Shown one piece after another: positions 59,577 to 64,000 of a stretch of 64,000 nucleotides of DNA. Made by a program: the position numbers and the translations under genes. Each line of letters begins with the position of its first letter. The first letter of the stretch is position 1. Origin of the DNA: Bacilli bacterium (GTDB lineage: Bacteria; Bacillota_I; Bacilli_A; RF39; UBA660). The notes beneath the pieces are model-generated. The model worked only from the letters and a program-made list of their open reading frames with translations. It was not told where the DNA came from and did not search any database. The stretch spans positions 17,150 through 81,149 of the forward strand of contig JAFUBO010000003.1 in assembly GCA_017460175.1 (NCBI GenBank). Direction: 5' to 3'.

Positions 59577-59793
59577 ATAATCACCTATATTATTTTACTA
59601 TTATAATTATATAATTTTTTTTGTTAAATTTCAATATTTTACTATATATTATTTAAATAGTTTTTTTTATTTTAAGTTACTATTTATGAATTATCTATAC
59701 ATAAATATTAATTTAAATAAGTTATTTTTTTCTATAATTATTATTTTCGTTGGAATAAGTAGTTTTGTTTGATAAAATATTGGTGGTGATATT

Positions 59794-60621
59794 ATGGATA
59801 AATATAAGGAAATAGAGAGAAGTATAATAAAGAAGTATCGTAAAGATATATGGAGTAAATTTGTAAAAGCGGTTATTGATTATGAACTTATTAATGAAAA
59901 TGATAAGATTATGGTTTGTATTAGTGGTGGAAAAGATTCTTTTTTATTAGCTAAATGTATGGAGGAGATTAAAAGACATGGTAAAGTTAATTTTGACTTA
60001 TGTTTTGTATGTATGAATCCTGGTTATAATGAAAGAAATAAGAATCTTATTTTGAAGAATGCTAAGAAGTTAAATATTGATTTGAAAATGTTTGATTCTG
60101 ATATATTTGATGTCGTTAGTAATGTTGAAAAAAGTCCATGTTATTTATGTGCTAGAATGCGAAGAGGTTGTTTATATAATAAAGCTCGTGAATTAGGTTG
60201 TAATAAAATAGCTCTTGGTCATCACTTTGATGATGTTATTGAAACAACGCTATTATCTATGTTTTATGGAGCTGAAATTAAAACGATGATGCCAAAACTT
60301 TGGAGCGAGAATTTTGAAGGATTACAACTAATTAGACCATTATATTTAGTTAAAGAAAGTGATATTATTGCTTGGGCTAAGTTTAATGAGTTATCTTTTT
60401 TAAACTGTGCTTGTAGGTTTACTGAAGAGATATCTGAAAAGGATGATAATTTAAGTAAAAGATTGGAAATGAAAAAATTAATAAGTGAATTAAAAAAGAA
60501 TAATCCTAATATAGATTATAATATATTTAAGTCATTAGATAATATTAATATGAATTGTGTATTAGGATGGAAAGATGATAAGAAAAAACATACTTTTTTA
60601 GATAATTATGATAATAAGTAA
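59794..60621 (+). CDS. ttcA: PP-loop ATPase, tRNA 2-thiocytidine synthetase TtcA-like
   Basis: 'IMVCISGGKDS' PP-loop, 'CYLCARMRRG' and 'CACRF' cysteine motifs. 275 aa. Confidence 0.6.
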   Translation: MDKYKEIERSIIKKYRKDIWSKFVKAVIDYELINENDKIMVCISGGKDSFLLAKCMEEIKRHGKVNFDLCFVCMNPGYNERNKNLILKNAKKLNIDLKMFDSDIFDVVSNVEKSPCYLCARMRRGCLYNKARELGCNKIALGHHFDDVIETTLLSMFYGAEIKTMMPKLWSENFEGLQLIRPLYLVKESDIIAWAKFNELSFLNCACRFTEEISEKDDNLSKRLEMKKLISELKKNNPNIDYNIFKSLDNINMNCVLGWKDDKKKHTFLDNYDNK

Positions 60622-60678
60622 TTAAAATGATGTATAAAAGAGATATATAATTATCTCTTTTTTCATATTATATTATAG

Positions 60679-61515
60679 GTGAATAATATGAATGAAGTGT
60701 ATGTAGTTAAACGTGGTGATACATTATGGGGTATTAGTAATCAATATGGGGTTAATGTTAGTGAACTTGCGAGTTTAAATAATGTTACTGCAGAAACGCT
60801 ACAAGTAGGACAACAATTATTAATACCTAGTAAAAGTGGTACTAATCCAGATAATATGTTTATGTATACAGTTAAAAAGGGTGATAGTTTATATTCTATA
60901 GCAAGGGTTTATAATACTTCAGTTTCTGAAATTAAAAGGATAAATAATTTAGTAAATAATAATTTGTATATAGGACAAGTTTTAAGAATACCTGAAATGT
61001 ATACAAAACCTAGTGATATGAATGATCCAAATTATGTTAATTATACTGTTAAAAGTGGAGATAGTTTATATAGTATAGCTAAGAAATATGGGGTTAGTGT
61101 TGATACTATAATTCAGGATAATGCATTAAAGAATAATATTTTAAGCATAGGACAAAATCTTAAAATAAGAAGTAGTAGTACTATTGTAGAAGAGTGTTTT
61201 GGAGAAGATTATGAGATTCCTAGTGCTAGTTATAGTAATTATATAGTTAAAAAAGGAGATAGTTTATATGCTATAGCTAAGAAGTTTAATATTAGTGTTA
61301 GTGAAATAATAAAAGTTAATAATCTTACTACTAATAATTTAAGCATCGGACAAGTTTTAAAAATACCTAGTAATAGTGATAATACTTATACAGTTGTAAA
61401 AGGAGATAGTTTATATTCTATAGCTAAAAAGTTTAATACTACTGTGGATTCTATCAAGAGTAAGAATAATCTTACTAGTAATAATTTAAGTGTAGGACAA
61501 ATATTAAAAATATAG
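60679..61515 (+). CDS. LysM-repeat protein (5 LysM domains, no catalytic domain)
   Basis: Five repeats of 'Y.VK.GDSLY.IA..Y.VSV..I...N.L.NN.L.IGQ.LKIP'. No signal peptide. Confidence 0.7.
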   Translation: MNNMNEVYVVKRGDTLWGISNQYGVNVSELASLNNVTAETLQVGQQLLIPSKSGTNPDNMFMYTVKKGDSLYSIARVYNTSVSEIKRINNLVNNNLYIGQVLRIPEMYTKPSDMNDPNYVNYTVKSGDSLYSIAKKYGVSVDTIIQDNALKNNILSIGQNLKIRSSSTIVEECFGEDYEIPSASYSNYIVKKGDSLYAIAKKFNISVSEIIKVNNLTTNNLSIGQVLKIPSNSDNTYTVVKGDSLYSIAKKFNTTVDSIKSKNNLTSNNLSVGQILKI

Positions 61516-61523
61516 GAGGATTT

Positions 61524-61910
61524 ATGAATATAAATGAATTTATGAAAACTAATGAATATCCTGATTTTATAAAGGAAAATTCAGGAAATGGCAAGTTGAA
61601 AATTAGAGCTTATGCAGCTAGTGAAGCATTACCTGTAGATGGATTAAATATTATTGTTAGTAGTGTGATTAATAATGAAGAGGTAGTATTTTTCAAAGGT
61701 GTTACTGATACTAGTGGTATGATTCCTACTATTAGTTTACCAGCTCCTAAAAATGAACTTAGTAATTTGATAATACCTAAAACTATTACTTATAAAATTA
61801 AGGCTTATAAGAATATAAATAATGCGAGTAGTTTTACTATTAATATGTATGATGGTATATGTGTAGTACAAAATATCAATTTTGTGCCAGGTGAAGAATA
61901 TGGCAGTTAG
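61524..61910 (+). CDS. N-terminal (prepeptide-like) fragment of SleC-like spore cortex-lytic enzyme; frame continues in 61882-63231 after a 1-nt shift
   Basis: Ends at TAG 61908-61910 within the start of the next ORF, with no intergenic gap. The T4 tract at 61880-61883 is the likely indel site. Removing one T gives '...NINLCQVKNMAVRYPVVPEN...' continuous with the downstream domain. Confidence 0.4.
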   Translation: MNINEFMKTNEYPDFIKENSGNGKLKIRAYAASEALPVDGLNIIVSSVINNEEVVFFKGVTDTSGMIPTISLPAPKNELSNLIIPKTITYKIKAYKNINNASSFTINMYDGICVVQNINFVPGEEYGS

Positions 61911-63231
61911 ATATCCTGTAGTACCTGAAAACATAATAGTTCATTTAGGAAAGCCAAATGAAGATGCTAAGAATGTTACAGTTAGTTTTATTGATTATAT
62001 ATCTAATGTAGCTGCTTCGGAAATATATCCTACATGGCCTAGAGAAAGTTTAATTGCTAATATTTATGCGATTATATCTTTTACAATGAATAGAATATAT
62101 AATGAGTGGTATCGTAGTAAAGGATATAGTTTTGATATTACTAGTTCACCTCTTTATGATCAAGCTTTTGTTCCTAATAGATCTACATATGAAAATATTA
62201 ATAATATAGTTGAGGAAATATTTAATAATTATGTAGTTAAGGGAAATCAGGTACAGCCTTATTTTACAAAGTATTGTGATGGTAGAAATACTACATGTGA
62301 TGGTCTTTCTCAATGGGGAAGTGTTAGTTTAGCTAATCAAGGTAAAAATTATTTAGAAATACTTAGGTATTATTATGGAAATGATATTAATATAAAGAAG
62401 GATGCTCCTGTAGGAGATGTTATTGGTTATCCAGGATATGTAGTTAGTTTTGGTAGTGCGGGGAATCCTGTTTTAGCTATACAACGTGATTTAAGAAGAA
62501 TTAGAAAAAATTATCCAGCAATACCTGATATTTTTAATACTGTTGGGATATATGATCAAGAGACAGTTGATGCGGTTAAAAAGTTTCAAGAAATATTTAG
62601 TTTACCAGTAACAGGATCTGTGGATAAAGCTACTTGGTATAAAATAAAGTATGTTTATACTAGTGTTAAAAAACTTAGTGATTTATATTCAGAAGGTTTA
62701 ACTGAAAAAGAAACTACTTTTCTTTATGAAGATGAACTTAATTATGGAGATACTGGTATAGAAGTAGAACATATTCATTATTTTTTAGATGCTATTGCAT
62801 TTTTAGATCCTGATATTCCAAGATTAAAGACTAATTCTATTTATAATGACAATAGTATTACGATGGTTAAGGCTTTTCAAAAGAAATATAATTTACCAGT
62901 AACAGGGATTTTCACTTATAGTGATTGGAAAGTTTTAAAAGATGTTTATGATAATATCTTAAAGTCATTGGACAATGATTATGTTGATGAATTATATCCA
63001 GATTATTTTTTAGTTAGGGGTACTACTGGAAATGATGTGATACGTTTTCAAAAATTTTTATTATCTATATGTCAATATGATCATTCTATACCTGGTGTTA
63101 GGGTTAATGGTATATTTGATGAATTAACTGAAAAATCTGTTTTAAAACTTCAAAAGGATTATGGTTTTTCAGAAAATGGTATTGTTGGACCTCTTTTATG
63201 GAGAAAAGTAGTGGAACTTTCAAAAAGATGA
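61882..63231 (+). CDS. sleC: SleC-like spore cortex-lytic enzyme core with three C-terminal PG_binding_1 repeats (N-terminus displaced by frameshift)
   Basis: 'VVPENIIVHLG', 'EIYPTWPRESLIANIYAIISFTMNRIYNEWYRSKGYSFDITSS', 'YCDG....C.G.SQWGS' as remembered for clostridial SleC. Three peptidoglycan-binding repeats ('GNPVLAIQRDLRRI...', 'GDTGIEVEHIHYFL...', 'GTTGNDVIRFQKFL...'). Confidence 0.5.
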   Translation: MCQVKNMAVRYPVVPENIIVHLGKPNEDAKNVTVSFIDYISNVAASEIYPTWPRESLIANIYAIISFTMNRIYNEWYRSKGYSFDITSSPLYDQAFVPNRSTYENINNIVEEIFNNYVVKGNQVQPYFTKYCDGRNTTCDGLSQWGSVSLANQGKNYLEILRYYYGNDINIKKDAPVGDVIGYPGYVVSFGSAGNPVLAIQRDLRRIRKNYPAIPDIFNTVGIYDQETVDAVKKFQEIFSLPVTGSVDKATWYKIKYVYTSVKKLSDLYSEGLTEKETTFLYEDELNYGDTGIEVEHIHYFLDAIAFLDPDIPRLKTNSIYNDNSITMVKAFQKKYNLPVTGIFTYSDWKVLKDVYDNILKSLDNDYVDELYPDYFLVRGTTGNDVIRFQKFLLSICQYDHSIPGVRVNGIFDELTEKSVLKLQKDYGFSENGIVGPLLWRKVVELSKR

Positions 63232-63351
63232 AAAAATGTGTATAAAAATAAAGTTTTATTATCATAACTTTATTGAAATGAAAATAGCTATATTTGACAT
63301 TGTTTTTTAAATATAGTAGAATAATTTTCATTCGGGAGGAAAATTATACAT

Positions 63352-64000
63352 ATGAAAAATATCGAATTACCCTCGAAGATAAGGTTTTTATCTTTGATGA
63401 TGTTGTCATTATTAATTATGTTTAGTTGCTACACATATCATAATTATTATACTTATAAAAATATTAAGGTAGTTGTTAAAAATAATGCAGCTGTACCTTA
63501 TGGTAGTGCTAATTATAATTTAAATGACTTTATTAAAAAAGTAGATGGGGAAATAGTATCAGTTAAAAATGATATTGATACTAATGTAATAGGTAAACAG
63601 GAAGTTTTAGTAGAAGTTAAGAAGGAAAATATTATAAAAGAAGTTCCAATAGTAGTATCTGTTGTGGATACTTTGGGACCTACAATTAATATTAAAGATG
63701 AAAGATTTGTTATTACTGAAGGTGATGAATATGATCTTAATAGTAATATAGAATCTGTAGTTGATGATGTAGATGGAGATATTCCATTTAATAGTGATAT
63801 TAATGAAGAAAGTGTTTTTTATTATAATATTTCATACAATGGTGATGAAATTAATAATATAGGAGAACATGAAGTAAAAGTTATAGCAAAAGATAAGACT
63901 GGTAACTATTCAGAAAAAACATTTATTTTTGAAGTAGAAGAAAAAAAATATTATGTTCCTTATAATTATAGTTATAATGCAGCTGATAGCATTCATGGTA
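63352..64000 (+). CDS. partial CDS (runs off window): secreted/lipoprotein-like protein with Ig-like (DUF5011-type) domains
   Basis: RBS 'gggagga' precedes ATG 63352. Signal peptide 'LSLMMLSLLIMFSC'. 'VVDTLGPTINIKDERFVITEGDEYDL...VDDVDGDI' is typical of DUF5011 Ig-like repeats. Open to the window end. Confidence 0.4.
   Translation, partial: MKNIELPSKIRFLSLMMLSLLIMFSCYTYHNYYTYKNIKVVVKNNAAVPYGSANYNLNDFIKKVDGEIVSVKNDIDTNVIGKQEVLVEVKKENIIKEVPIVVSVVDTLGPTINIKDERFVITEGDEYDLNSNIESVVDDVDGDIPFNSDINEESVFYYNISYNGDEINNIGEHEVKVIAKDKTGNYSEKTFIFEVEEKKYYVPYNYSYNAADSIHG

Overview
This 64 kb window is an AT-rich (about 28% GC) chromosomal segment with Firmicutes/Clostridia-type organisation. Nearly all genes lie on the + strand, and sporulation genes are present (yabG, veg, spoVG, yabP, yabQ, a SleC-like cortex lytic enzyme). 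A compacted version of the conserved housekeeping backbone is readable directly from the translations:

- sipW-like signal peptidase, ksgA, yabG, veg, spoVG, yabP, yabQ, divIC, tilS, ftsH
- mscL, dusB, lysS
- a YfcC-like transporter
- clpC-like, cysS, mrnC, rlmB, a sigH-like sigma factor, secE, nusG, rplK, rplA, rplJ, rplL, ybxB, rpoB, rpoC, rpsL, rpsG, fusA, tuf
- femAB (minus strand), murD, murI, eno, secG, rnr, capA-like, smpB, and ssrA (tmRNA)

Several genes expected from the Bacillus arrangement are absent: hprT, radA/disA, gltX/cysE, yacP, rpmG and ybxF.

The standout region is an accessory locus of about 14 kb between tmRNA (ends 45887) and a ttcA-like gene (starts 59794). It encodes:

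- a TasA/camelysin-like secreted subunit driven by a consensus promoter
- a SipW-type signal peptidase domain fused to a roughly 290-aa polytopic membrane domain
- a bitopic membrane protein
- a 2589-aa surface protein made of Listeria-Bacteroides (Flg_new) repeats, with near-identical internal DNA repeats
- three tandem minus-strand paralogs carrying the same TasA-like motif

Together these look like a dedicated SipW-dependent fibre/adhesin system. Other features worth noting:

- a 720-nt noncoding insert between rplL and ybxB, with a perfect extended -10 promoter and an orphan terminator, giving a candidate sRNA of about 200 nt
- a WXG100-like small protein pair
- a 38-aa hydrophobic peptide gene in place of ybxF
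- a ClpC-like protein with a degenerate second AAA domain
- yabG lacking a canonical start codon
- a SleC-like gene split by a frameshift at a T4 tract

No CRISPR arrays, tRNAs, rRNAs or transposases were recognised.
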